Program-made: the position numbers and the translations under genes | From: Candidatus Eiseniibacteriota bacterium | Lineage (GTDB): Bacteria; Arandabacterota; Arandabacteria; Arandabacterales; Arandabacteraceae | DNA length: 19,798 bases | Assembly (NCBI GenBank): GCA_043810925.1 | Contig: JBDRNT010000064.1 | Coordinates: 1 to 19,798 of the forward strand | Direction of reading: 5' to 3' | Shown: piece after piece, positions 8,913 to 17,905 of the stretch | How the letters are laid out: the number at the start of each line of letters is the position of its first letter | Position numbering within the stretch: the first letter of the stretch is position 1 | The notes under the pieces: generated by a model | Database searches by the model: none | What the model was told of the DNA's origin: nothing | What the model saw: the letters and a program-made list of their open reading frames with translations, nothing else

Positions 8913-9207
8913 TATCCTCTCACATTCCTCGCAGGCTGTTTTCCGGCATGTGGCCATGTCTCTTGACTGACCTTCAAGCACCACTGTAGCAGCCGACTGG
9001 AAATAGAGATAACCTATTACCATCGCATCGAAAAATCAAGAGGCTCCGGTGTTATATCGCTATTCGGGCTATAACTATCCCCCGGTTGGGTTTTTTCAAA
9101 TTCTGTCGTAAACGATCGAACTCTAACTTCAGGCCTCGATCGCATTTACCAGGCCATGCCGCCAAACCGACCGGGCTCCCGGCAAGTCCAGCGCTGGACC
9201 ACCACCT

Positions 9208-9549
9208 CTACGGCGGTCCAATCAGCATAACCGGAGACGAGGCCTGGCCCTCTGCGAAGTCGTCGTCACCCTCACAGTAAACTCCATAATGGTAAGTGAC
9301 TGACTCGGACCCTACCGCCAACTCCTTAGCAACCGTCAATTGCGGCGATTGCTCGTTCGGACTCAGGTCAAGCACCATGTACCACTCGGCGTGACCGAAT
9401 AACTCGTCGGCATGCGGTATCACAATCAGTGTACGCACGTCACCAGCACTGAATCGAATCTGATCTTTGTACGTCAATTCGACCGGTGCGATCCTGGCTA
9501 CCTGCTTGGTAAACGTCCCGATGGATACCGTCTTGCTTTTCACCGTCAC
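9208..9549 (-). CDS. Small hypothetical protein (~113 aa) downstream of the kinase
   Basis: Strong SD AAGGAGGTG 6 nt before GTG at 9549. Co-oriented with the kinase and fusA. No family recognised. Confidence 0.65.
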   Translation of the reverse strand: MTVKSKTVSIGTFTKQVARIAPVELTYKDQIRFSAGDVRTLIVIPHADELFGHAEWYMVLDLSPNEQSPQLTVAKELAVGSESVTYHYGVYCEGDDDFAEGQASSPVMLIGPP

Positions 9550-9624
9550 AAATCTCACCTCCTTCTCGTTTCGTGCCCAACAACAAGTAACGTGAGAACG
9601 GAGACCGGCTTAACACATCTTTGC

Positions 9625-12381
9625 TCAGGAACGGTCTCCAACCTGCTCCAACAGATCTTGAAATCGCTCGTCAGCTCGCAGTTTACTCAATCCGGGGTAG
9701 CACATAATCCTCGCAAGTGATGCCCCCTGCACCAGCGCCCGCGAAATCCACTCGAGCGCGGCTTCTCTATCACCTATCATCTCATAGGCCTCTGCTATAT
9801 GCAAGATTACATCTTGCGCTGATGGCTCGCATGCGACTGCCGCCTTCACCAAAGCCTTTGCCTTGGAATGATCACCCAGCCTGCTGTAGTAACCGGCCAA
9901 ATCGGCCAGTACGGACGGGTCATCCGGGTTCACATCCATTCGTGCTTCCGCCAGTTCGATAGCTCTACTGAAAGATCTGGCTGCCGCATCCTTCTGGCCG
10001 GGGTTCCAGTAGTATGCCTCACCCAGGTGACCCCAGCCGACGTAGTGACCGGGTGCCAGGGCCACGGTCTTTTCATACATCTCGGTAGCATCAGCGTAAC
10101 GCCAGTTCCAGAAGTAGAGAGTCCCCAGATTCGAGCAGGCCATGTAAGTCGTGTCGATATCCAGTGACTTCTCGAACATCGCAATGGCTTCTTTCTGGTG
10201 TCCAAGTCCGGCATGTGCGGCACCGACGATATTGTACGACTGGGGGCTTTCCGGCCTGAGCTCCTTGACTTTCAAGAATGGCTCAAGTGCGCTCTCGCAA
10301 TCATTTTGGAAGTAGTACATCTCCCCCAGAGCATAGTAAGTCCTCCAGTCCCTCGGCCGCGATTCCACCACCTTGTGATATGCAGCTGCCGCCTCGCTGT
10401 TCCTGCCTGCCGCCCGGTAAACATCACCCATCTCCCTGCGGGCTTCAAAGTCACCGGGATCCAATTCGAGCGCTCTTCGAAGCGACTGTAATGCGTCTTC
10501 GTGCTGCCCGATCATTGAAAAGACCTTACCCAGCATGATATGCGCGGATACGATCCCGGGGTCCAACCTGATAGCATGCCGGCATGCTGCCACTGCATTT
10601 CTTGCCCATTGAGTGTCCTCAGTGGCAGAGTACATCTCCAAATAGGCTTCGCCCAGACCAACGTGCGCCAAAACGTATGATGGATCTCGCTCGACCGCCT
10701 GACTCAGCAGATCGATTGCAAGGTCACGGTCACCTTCGCCGTGAGCAGGGTAGAGATAACCACGTCCCCGAAGATACAGCTCGTACGCGTCAGGCACTGC
10801 CGTGCCGCGTGCAATCAGCAGCCGGCGCACCTCGGGCTGCATCTCGACTCCAAGCAACTCTGCCGTGAGTATGACCACACTGTCCTGCCACGTTTGAAGA
10901 TTAGCAATGGGATCAGTAATCGGCGGGGCTTCCTTGAGGTGCACGATAGATGTGTCGACGTCATCCGCGATTTTGGTGGACAGATCATTGCGGACCAAGG
11001 TCAGTTCGATTTCATCACCACGGGATCTCATTGTTCCCGTTATCGCTATATTCGCTACCAGAATCCGTCTCGCCTCGCCGGGACTTCTGATTCCCCCGGT
11101 ATGGACCTCGCTGTACGGCACAACCCAGAACGACTCTACGACCCGTTCCAGCCTGGCGATCTTACTGGTTATGCTCTGTACCAGACCGTCGCTGAAGGCC
11201 TGTTCCGCCGAGTCTCCTTCAGCAACCGTGAAGGGCAGGATCGTAACCCACTTCTCCGTTACTGATGGGCGTCCCCCCATGAGATTCCGGAAGCGGCCCC
11301 CCCCCAGAGTCAGCACCACCACCACAGCCACGCTTGCCACTACCGCAGGAAGAAACATCCTGCGCAAATCCCGGGTGCCGGCGAACCGCGCCGCCATCGT
11401 GCGGCCGGTAGAAACCTGCCCCGAGCCCGCACTCGCCCCCAGCTTCTTGATGTCTGCAGATAGATCCGCGACAAACTGATATCGCTCAGCGGGGTCCTTG
11501 CGAAGACACCTGTCTACTACAGCTCCCAATTCGAAGGGGATAGCTGGGTTTATCTCGGTAACAGGTTCCGGTTTCTCATTAAGGATCGAGTAGATGATCG
11601 CCTGTGCCTTTTCACCCTTAAACGGCTGCTGACCGGTCAGCATCTGGTGGAGTACAACTCCCAGGGACCAGATATCGGTTCGGTGATCTACTTCACGGCC
11701 CCGAGCCTGCTCGGGGGACATATAGGCAACGGTACCAACCGTCGTGCCCGTCTTGGTGAGATCCCTTTCACCGGCAAGTTTGGCGAGACCGAAATCCATG
11801 ATCTTAGCCACACCGCCGGTCTTCACTATGATGTTGCCCGGTTTGATGTCACGGTGAACGATGCCCTTCTTATGCGTTTCCTCAAGCCCGTCGGCAACCT
11901 GACCGGCTATGCGGATGGCCTCCTCAATCTCAAGCGGTCCCCGCTTGATCTTGGCCCTGACTGTCTCGCCTTCGTAGCAGGCCATCGATATGAAAAGCTG
12001 GCCGCCCGGTTCCTCATGGATCTCGTGGATGGTGCATATGTTTGGATGGTCAAGTCCCGATGCTGTCTGCGCTTCGTGGATGAAGCGTTCCTTGGCCTCA
12101 GCATCCCGGGTGAACTCCGACGGGAGAAACTTCAGGGCGACATCTCGCCTGAGCTTCGTGTCGCGGGCCTTGTAGACGACGCCCATGCCACCCTTGCCGA
12201 TTTGCTCAAGCAGCCTGTACCTCCCGGCAAAGAGGTCTCCCACGACCTGCGCTCGCGTGCTCTGCTCGAGGGACTCCGTATCGAGGAACGAGGTTTCATC
12301 ACGAGGCGGCAGCTGGCCGCCGCAGATCCGGCAGAAATGACTGTCATCACGAGTATTAGAATGGCATTTGGGGCATTCCAT
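9625..12381 (-). CDS. Hanks-type Ser/Thr protein kinase with N-terminal zinc ribbon, TM helix, TolB_N-like domain and C-terminal TPRs
   Basis: CPKC...CRICG; IGKGGMGVVY, VALK, HRDIKPGN, DFGLA, YMSPEQ, DIWSLG; TM segment FLPAVVASVAVVVVLTL; VTILPF...FSDGL; AYELYLRGR followed by multiple TPRs. Confidence 0.95.
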   Translation of the reverse strand: MECPKCHSNTRDDSHFCRICGGQLPPRDETSFLDTESLEQSTRAQVVGDLFAGRYRLLEQIGKGGMGVVYKARDTKLRRDVALKFLPSEFTRDAEAKERFIHEAQTASGLDHPNICTIHEIHEEPGGQLFISMACYEGETVRAKIKRGPLEIEEAIRIAGQVADGLEETHKKGIVHRDIKPGNIIVKTGGVAKIMDFGLAKLAGERDLTKTGTTVGTVAYMSPEQARGREVDHRTDIWSLGVVLHQMLTGQQPFKGEKAQAIIYSILNEKPEPVTEINPAIPFELGAVVDRCLRKDPAERYQFVADLSADIKKLGASAGSGQVSTGRTMAARFAGTRDLRRMFLPAVVASVAVVVVLTLGGGRFRNLMGGRPSVTEKWVTILPFTVAEGDSAEQAFSDGLVQSITSKIARLERVVESFWVVPYSEVHTGGIRSPGEARRILVANIAITGTMRSRGDEIELTLVRNDLSTKIADDVDTSIVHLKEAPPITDPIANLQTWQDSVVILTAELLGVEMQPEVRRLLIARGTAVPDAYELYLRGRGYLYPAHGEGDRDLAIDLLSQAVERDPSYVLAHVGLGEAYLEMYSATEDTQWARNAVAACRHAIRLDPGIVSAHIMLGKVFSMIGQHEDALQSLRRALELDPGDFEARREMGDVYRAAGRNSEAAAAYHKVVESRPRDWRTYYALGEMYYFQNDCESALEPFLKVKELRPESPQSYNIVGAAHAGLGHQKEAIAMFEKSLDIDTTYMACSNLGTLYFWNWRYADATEMYEKTVALAPGHYVGWGHLGEAYYWNPGQKDAAARSFSRAIELAEARMDVNPDDPSVLADLAGYYSRLGDHSKAKALVKAAVACEPSAQDVILHIAEAYEMIGDREAALEWISRALVQGASLARIMCYPGLSKLRADERFQDLLEQVGDRS

Positions 12382-12581
12382 GGCGCATCGCTCTCTGACA
12401 AGCTGATTCTACCACAGGGGCTCCCGCTTGAATAGCTAAAACTCTCGATGTGCCACCGTAACAACCCCCGGGCGCGCCACGGCCACGCTTCGCGATGTTG
12501 TCGGACCCCGGCCGCCGTCACCTCCCGTGATTGCGCGCTCCCATGCTGCCCCGGTTCGACCCCTCCCGACCCCGCTTCCCA

Positions 12582-12610
12582 TTGATAACACGGCTGCAAT
12601 GTGGTAAAAT
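12582..12610 (+). promoter_or_regulatory. Putative sigma70 promoter (extended -10) for the glycoside hydrolase
   Basis: TTGATA-N17-TAAAAT with TGG immediately before the -10. Confidence 0.6.
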
Positions 12611-12732
12611 GGGGGGTAATGAGACATCGCTGAGAAGACGAACAGGCGGACTCTTGCCGGCCTTCTGGAACACGTCCTCACACGATCAGCCCGGATCAAT
12701 CATAATCCGGGCTGGGTGATCGGAGGCATATA

Positions 12733-15558
12733 TTGTCGCGGCGGATTTCGAAGAGAATTCTCGCTCTTGCGCTGATCGCGGGCGTATTCAGCCCAGGTGT
12801 GCAGCTTGCGGCTCCGGTTCATACCACATATCTCTGGCATATGCACCAGCCGATCTACTGGCCGGACGGAAGCACATGGACTCCGTCAAGATATGAAACC
12901 GCATATGAGACCATAACCCTCGGCCACTCCGAGAGCGATGTCTTCAGCATCTTCAACAAAGACGACCGTGTCAGCGACTACCAGAGCTATCCGAGGGACG
13001 CCATCAGCTCTATCCTCGATCTGCCGGATGCAGGCGCCCAGATGAGTTTCGCGGCAGCCCTGATCGAAAACGTGACGAGCCTGGCCGATGCAGGATGGAA
13101 TGGCGGCCGTTATGCCCCGAACTGGTACAATGACTACCGGACCGCCCGGTCGTGGACGACCTCCGGCGGCCTGCCCCGGCTTGACCAGGTCCTTGTCGCA
13201 GCGCATCACCCGATTGCGCCTCTGATGGACGAGAACGCATTCCGGAAGGAGATCGAGGTCGCCAAGGTTGCGTACCGGGCTGCCTGGGGAGATACGAGCT
13301 TTACCGGCGGCTACTTCCCAGCTGAAACCTGCTTCTCCGAGCGTATGATACCAGTGCTCGCCGAGCTGGGTATCCAGTGGACGATTGTCGCCGACGTACA
13401 CATATCGCGCGCCTGTAGTGACTACCCGTACGTCGCAAATCTGGATAACTGCGATCCTCCCAATCCTGCAGACCAGCTCAATCCGCCCCAGGGCTACTAT
13501 GACAACATCACTATTAGCCGGGGGGTAACGGTTAAGACCCCGCCACCGTACGGATTCAGACCGCACTATTCCAGGTATGTGGACCCTGCCACGGGCGAGG
13601 TGTTTTCGATCATTGTGGTTCCGGCCGCCAACGCCCAGAGTTGGAACGAGGGATATGGTCTTTACGGTACAGGCGAGATCGATGCCATCGCGTCGTATAA
13701 CGATCCCGCTCATCCCATGCTGATCCTCTTTGCCCATGACGGCGACAACGCCTGGTCGGGTGGGTACTCGTACTACAATGAAAATGTCACAGGCTTCGCA
13801 CATGCAGCCGCGTCACATGGCTACGAACCCACGACGATCGCCGAGTACCTGGCCGATCACCCGGTCGATACCTCGGACATCGTTCATGTAGAGGACGGAG
13901 GCTGGGTCAATGCCGACGGTGACTTTGGATCACCCCAGTATATCAACTGGAACTGGCCGCTTGTAAATTCATACGGCGATTTCGACATCCCGGGTGGATG
14001 GGCGGAAGATGAGCGAAACTGGGCAGTCCTAACAGCTGCTGAGAACCGGGTGGAAACAGCCGAGGCGATTTCAGGGACCGCACCCGACCCGGCCAAGATC
14101 TACGACCCCGCGACCGGTGCCACCGGCGTTGAGAAGGCGTGGCACCACCTGCTTTCAGGCTACGAGAGCGGATACATGTATTACGGAACGTCGCTTGATA
14201 TGGAGATCAAGGCCACCCTGGCTGCAAACGCTGCGGTGATGTATGCCGACCCCGTAATCACAGGCGGAAGCGACACCGTGGCTCCCACCATCTGGCTACC
14301 CCAGCGACTCCCCTGGAACCCCGGGGGCAGAGGCGGCGGATCGCTCTGGGGATATCCAGGCGGCGAGGGCGCTGAGATGGAGAGCGACTTCTGGGTGTGG
14401 ACTTTCGCCTACGACGTCTCGGGCATCGCGCGTGTGGATCTTAAGTACCGTACCGATCTGGACGGCTTGAACTCCACGGCAAGCGACCAAAATGAGACCT
14501 ATACCGGGGGAGCCGAGGTCGGGGCCTGGCAGACGATATCCATGAGCTACCGCGATTTCCCCAGGGGTAATTTCTTCGGAGATCCCGGCATCAATTTCTC
14601 CGTGTTACCCGATTACATAGCGGATGAATACCACGTGCAGGTAACCGGACTCTCGGAGGTCCTCATTGACTACTATGTTGAAGCCGAGGACTCGCTCGGG
14701 TACATCAAGCGAAGCCCGATCCAGCACGTATGGGTCGGCGAGGGCGGCGGCAGTGCTTCTCATGTGATCGACGGCAATCTTGATTCTGCATCGACACTTG
14801 TGGCTTCAAGCGATGACCTGTGTCTCTATGCCGATTGGGACGGCGAGTATCTCTACCTGGCGGCAGAGGGTGTCGGCGTGACGGGATCATGGGATCACTT
14901 CATTATTATAGGGACCGATCTCTCAAGCCCCGTAGCGGCTCCCTGGGCAAAAACGGGCACCGTTGCCGACAAGACGACGTTCCTCGGAAATGAAGATTCC
15001 AACAACTGGTGCGGCTGGTTCGATGACATGGAAGCGGTTGTCACGACCGATGTCGATTGCGCATCAGGATTTTATCTTGAAGGGATCGTGAGGCTGGGCA
15101 CATATCTCGGGCTCCCGCTTCCCGACGGCATCTATCTTGCGGTTGGTGGATATCAATCCCCCGACGGTGGATCGCTCGAGGCCCAGGCACCGGCTGGAGA
15201 TGTTAGTGGCGACATCGATCAATCCGAATACGTCTGGTTCCCGCTATCAACAAGCAGGATAGACCCGCGTCAGCCCGAAGGCGAGACCGTCTTCCTTTCG
15301 GCCGGACCCAATCCTTTCAGCACGCATGTGAGAATCAGCCTGTATCTCCCCCGGCCGGAAGTAGTCTCGCTTACGGTCTATGACCTGACGGGCAGACAGG
15401 TAAGAGCGCTGGCCCACGGCCCGGTCGCTGAGGGGACGCATTGTTTTGTCTGGGACGGCACCGACGCCAGCGGTAGCCGCGTTTCACCCGGTATCTATCT
15501 CATCTCGCTCGATTGCAGCGGCCGATCGCAAGCCCACAAGGTGATACTCACCAGATAA
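12733..15558 (+). CDS. Secreted alpha-glucan-active glycoside hydrolase of GH119/GH57 type, with a CBM9/DOMON-like module and C-terminal FlgD-Ig/T9SS-like domain
   Basis: TTG start with GGAGG SD and a signal peptide. WHMHQP, YFPAETCFSERMIP (nucleophile Glu region), AHDGDN (acid/base Asp region), IDGNLD...YADWDGEYLYL, and tail PNPFS...VYDLTGRQV...WDG...GIY...KVIL. Confidence 0.75.
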   Translation: MSRRISKRILALALIAGVFSPGVQLAAPVHTTYLWHMHQPIYWPDGSTWTPSRYETAYETITLGHSESDVFSIFNKDDRVSDYQSYPRDAISSILDLPDAGAQMSFAAALIENVTSLADAGWNGGRYAPNWYNDYRTARSWTTSGGLPRLDQVLVAAHHPIAPLMDENAFRKEIEVAKVAYRAAWGDTSFTGGYFPAETCFSERMIPVLAELGIQWTIVADVHISRACSDYPYVANLDNCDPPNPADQLNPPQGYYDNITISRGVTVKTPPPYGFRPHYSRYVDPATGEVFSIIVVPAANAQSWNEGYGLYGTGEIDAIASYNDPAHPMLILFAHDGDNAWSGGYSYYNENVTGFAHAAASHGYEPTTIAEYLADHPVDTSDIVHVEDGGWVNADGDFGSPQYINWNWPLVNSYGDFDIPGGWAEDERNWAVLTAAENRVETAEAISGTAPDPAKIYDPATGATGVEKAWHHLLSGYESGYMYYGTSLDMEIKATLAANAAVMYADPVITGGSDTVAPTIWLPQRLPWNPGGRGGGSLWGYPGGEGAEMESDFWVWTFAYDVSGIARVDLKYRTDLDGLNSTASDQNETYTGGAEVGAWQTISMSYRDFPRGNFFGDPGINFSVLPDYIADEYHVQVTGLSEVLIDYYVEAEDSLGYIKRSPIQHVWVGEGGGSASHVIDGNLDSASTLVASSDDLCLYADWDGEYLYLAAEGVGVTGSWDHFIIIGTDLSSPVAAPWAKTGTVADKTTFLGNEDSNNWCGWFDDMEAVVTTDVDCASGFYLEGIVRLGTYLGLPLPDGIYLAVGGYQSPDGGSLEAQAPAGDVSGDIDQSEYVWFPLSTSRIDPRQPEGETVFLSAGPNPFSTHVRISLYLPRPEVVSLTVYDLTGRQVRALAHGPVAEGTHCFVWDGTDASGSRVSPGIYLISLDCSGRSQAHKVILTR

Positions 15559-15762
15559 GGCCATGTGTCGGCGCGCGTCTGTATTCCCCAGGCAACCCGA
15601 TCTAACCACACTAGAAGTTCTAGTCCTGTTTGGGGACCCGGACGGGATGCTAACGCGATCATGGCGAACTCGTGAGAGTCACCCATGGAACACTACTCAG
15701 GAAAGAATCCGCAAGAGTCCTGGTCAAATCACGGCCGTAACTCTTTACTCTGTATAACGATT

Positions 15763-15814
15763 TGACCTGTCCCCGGTAGTAATACCACTCATCTATACAG
15801 TTTTTCAAGTACTG
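15763..15814 (-). mobile_element. Orphan IS3-family right-end remnant
   Basis: 41/52 ungapped identity by hand to the IS3 end at 19251-19302, same orientation. Encodes VLEKLYR* versus VLEKLYS*. Confidence 0.75.
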
Positions 15815-15886
15815 AGGTGCCCCTGAAATCAGACGCAGCGACGAGGCAATCTCCCGAGAGTTCGTGGGCACCTGGAAAAGGGCATG

Positions 15887-16073
15887 GTGGGGATGTTGAA
15901 AAAGTCACTTCAAGCGAATGTGTGCATCAGGAAACAGAATTCTAGAGAGGACGACCGTTTAGAAACCCTGCATGTCTGAGGGCTTTAGCCCGAGTTCACG
16001 GTTTCAGGGAGTCCTCTTGAGAATTCCCGATACGCTCAGCGGAGCCAGAAGGGGTCTTTTTCAACAGCCCCAC
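15887..16073. mobile_element. MITE-like fold-back element (187 bp)
   Basis: Terminal inverted repeats GTGGGGATGTTGAAAAAG / GTGGGGCTGTTGAAAAAG (17/18). Internal arms 15937-15952/16011-16026 and 15962-15970/15997-16005, apical hairpin 15980-15991. No ORF and no clear target duplication. Confidence 0.7.
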
Positions 16074-16238
16074 AGAACCCTTTTTCCTCCTCTATCGAGG
16101 ATGATTGCCGATCGTCTTTCTAACTCGTTGATGTGATATGAACCGCGCCCTTGCCTAGGGCTGGAACACCAGAGTAGAATCCGTACCGCAAAATCGGGCT
16201 CACGGAGTGGCCGGCCAGCAATGGCGAGGCACTAGATC

Positions 16239-17255
16239 TTACTGTGCATCGATGATGCTTATCAATCCCTTGTGGCAATTGAAACATGCGTTGGAGATGG
16301 GCACCTTCACGACCTTCCCATTTGCCCGAGGCATAGTGATGACACCAGACATCAGGCCTCTCGCAGGGTCCGTAGGCATCACCAATAGCGGATGCCATTG
16401 GTCCCAGCCACACTTGTGGCACAACAAACGGTCGGGTGGTCTTACTTCACTGCAGTTGCAGCAAACAAGCAGAGGGGGCTCAGTGTAAGGCAGATCGAGG
16501 TCGCATTGCGAGCAACGCACACGCTTCGCCGTGCGCGCAGCAACGGCACGCCAGTCAGGAGGAGTTAGGGGCTCATCTAAGTACTCCACAAGCACGTTGA
16601 GGCTATCCCCATAGTCAGAATGCTCCCGAAAGTCCACCATGGGAAAGAGCCAGTGTTCTGCCCTGGTATGGAATCTGTTGCCTTCACGCAGCACGGAAAT
16701 CACGCGCTTCGGTCCCTTCTTCATTAGGCACCTCAGGACTACCTGGAATTCCTCGAGAACCCAGCCAGCCTCGAATTCATCCTCCTCGCTTGCAGTCTCC
16801 GCAAGATAGCGCACGGTATTAATCAGAATGATGCTATGGCACACCGGTATGAGAGCGAAGACGCGCGCTACGTCAAGGTAGCGATCCCATTCAGGCGGCA
16901 AATCCGTTGGGACAGCAGGTGATGGCCTGACGATCATCCCTCCTGGCAGCCGGCGTGCAGGTCTCTGCGAACTTCCAAGATAGTCGGCAGTTCTCGCATA
17001 CATCTCGTACTTGAGCTTCTCATACCAATCAGCATCCTCGCCGGGAGGCGGTGGCTTAGGATTCTCCTCGAAATCTATGGCGACGTCAAAACCCTGTTGC
17101 CTAAGATCTTGCCACAGGCGCCACACCCATGCCATGTGTGACTTATCTCCATGCGCGTAGGAAACAAATACGGATCGGCCACTACTGGCAAGCTGTTGCG
17201 CTCGTTCATCCATGCTCTCTGACTGCGGGATTTGACCATCGCCAATGTCGGTCAA
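16239..17255 (-). CDS. SEFIR/TIR-domain protein with C-terminal four-CxxC (double zinc ribbon-like) domain
   Basis: VFVSYAH...H..WV..L...LR..GFDV.ID (SEFIR/TIR box 1), IILINT..Y, GWVLEE, RVISVL and DF...Y...L. Tail CSQC, CCNC, CHKC, CFNC. TTG start after GGAG (alternative ATG at 17213). Confidence 0.8.
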   Translation of the reverse strand: MTDIGDGQIPQSESMDERAQQLASSGRSVFVSYAHGDKSHMAWVWRLWQDLRQQGFDVAIDFEENPKPPPPGEDADWYEKLKYEMYARTADYLGSSQRPARRLPGGMIVRPSPAVPTDLPPEWDRYLDVARVFALIPVCHSIILINTVRYLAETASEEDEFEAGWVLEEFQVVLRCLMKKGPKRVISVLREGNRFHTRAEHWLFPMVDFREHSDYGDSLNVLVEYLDEPLTPPDWRAVAARTAKRVRCSQCDLDLPYTEPPLLVCCNCSEVRPPDRLLCHKCGWDQWHPLLVMPTDPARGLMSGVITMPRANGKVVKVPISNACFNCHKGLISIIDAQ

Positions 17256-17391
17256 ATCTGCTCCATCCTCCGAATAGGTCGCGCCGCACGATCATCGCGC
17301 AGTTAACAGTGCGCCCAGACTGCCATGGATCGGTGGCCACTAAGCAGCCCCCGCACAGACGGTATTGACGCACTTGTCGAGCCCGAATCAA

Positions 17392-17400
17392 ATTGTATCA
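17392..17400 (-). promoter_or_regulatory. Possible extended -10 promoter for the TIR gene
   Basis: TGATACAAT on the minus strand. The -35 region is poor. Confidence 0.3.
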
Positions 17401-17685
17401 TGGTAATACTCTGTTCGCAGCAACGTTATCCCTTTTCTGCTCCTCGTTGCCCTCTGAGAAAACAGTCTGATCCGACAAAGTGGGCGCCGCTTGTATTACT
17501 TGTGACAGGTGCCTGCATCGATCGTGAACGAGGTGGAGAGTCCATGTGTCGCGAAACGAAGCCTATCCCTATGTCAGATTAGTGACCACCTGCACCAACT
17601 TGGCACATTCCTCACTCATCAGAAAGTTGCGAAGATCGTTCTGTTTGGGGAGACCACCTGAATGTCGCCCTGAAAGTTCTGCCTA

Positions 17686-17709
17686 TGGTCCAGTTTGGGG
17701 AGGTAAGCA
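17686..17709 (+). mobile_element. Possible IS3-family terminal repeat remnant
   Basis: Reverse complement TGCTTACCTCCCCAAACTGGACCA has the TG..CCCC..ACCA layout of the two other IS3 ends in the window. Confidence 0.4.
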
Positions 17710-17787
17710 AGTCAGACAGCCTTAGAGCACCAGTGCGAAGCTCATAATGGCTCAAGATGCCTGACCGCTGTGATAATGCAGCCGCTA

Positions 17788-17886
17788 TCACTTCATGAGG
17801 AGCAACTTGTTCCTGGCCGTGATCTCGCCCACCTTCTCAGCGTACCGAAAGACTCTGAGTTTACGTTTTATCTCCCTCTCTGTCAT
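17788..17886 (-). pseudogene. Transposase N-terminal HTH remnant (IS481-like)
   Basis: MTEREIKRKLRVFRYAEKVGEI resembles remembered transposase N-termini (xREIxRKLRxLxxAExxG). The expected TCRYFG continuation is absent and a stop follows at codon 33. Confidence 0.45.
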
Positions 17887-17905
17887 CGGTCGGTTTAAAA
17901 CCAGC

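Noticed and set aside
12541-12581. GGTTCGACCCC resembling a tRNA T-loop
   Set aside because: The flanks do not form a T stem and no cloverleaf can be built.
11647-13803. Antisense ORFs of 262 aa (11647-12435) and 305 aa (12886-13803)
   Set aside because: They are shadows of the kinase and glycoside hydrolase genes.
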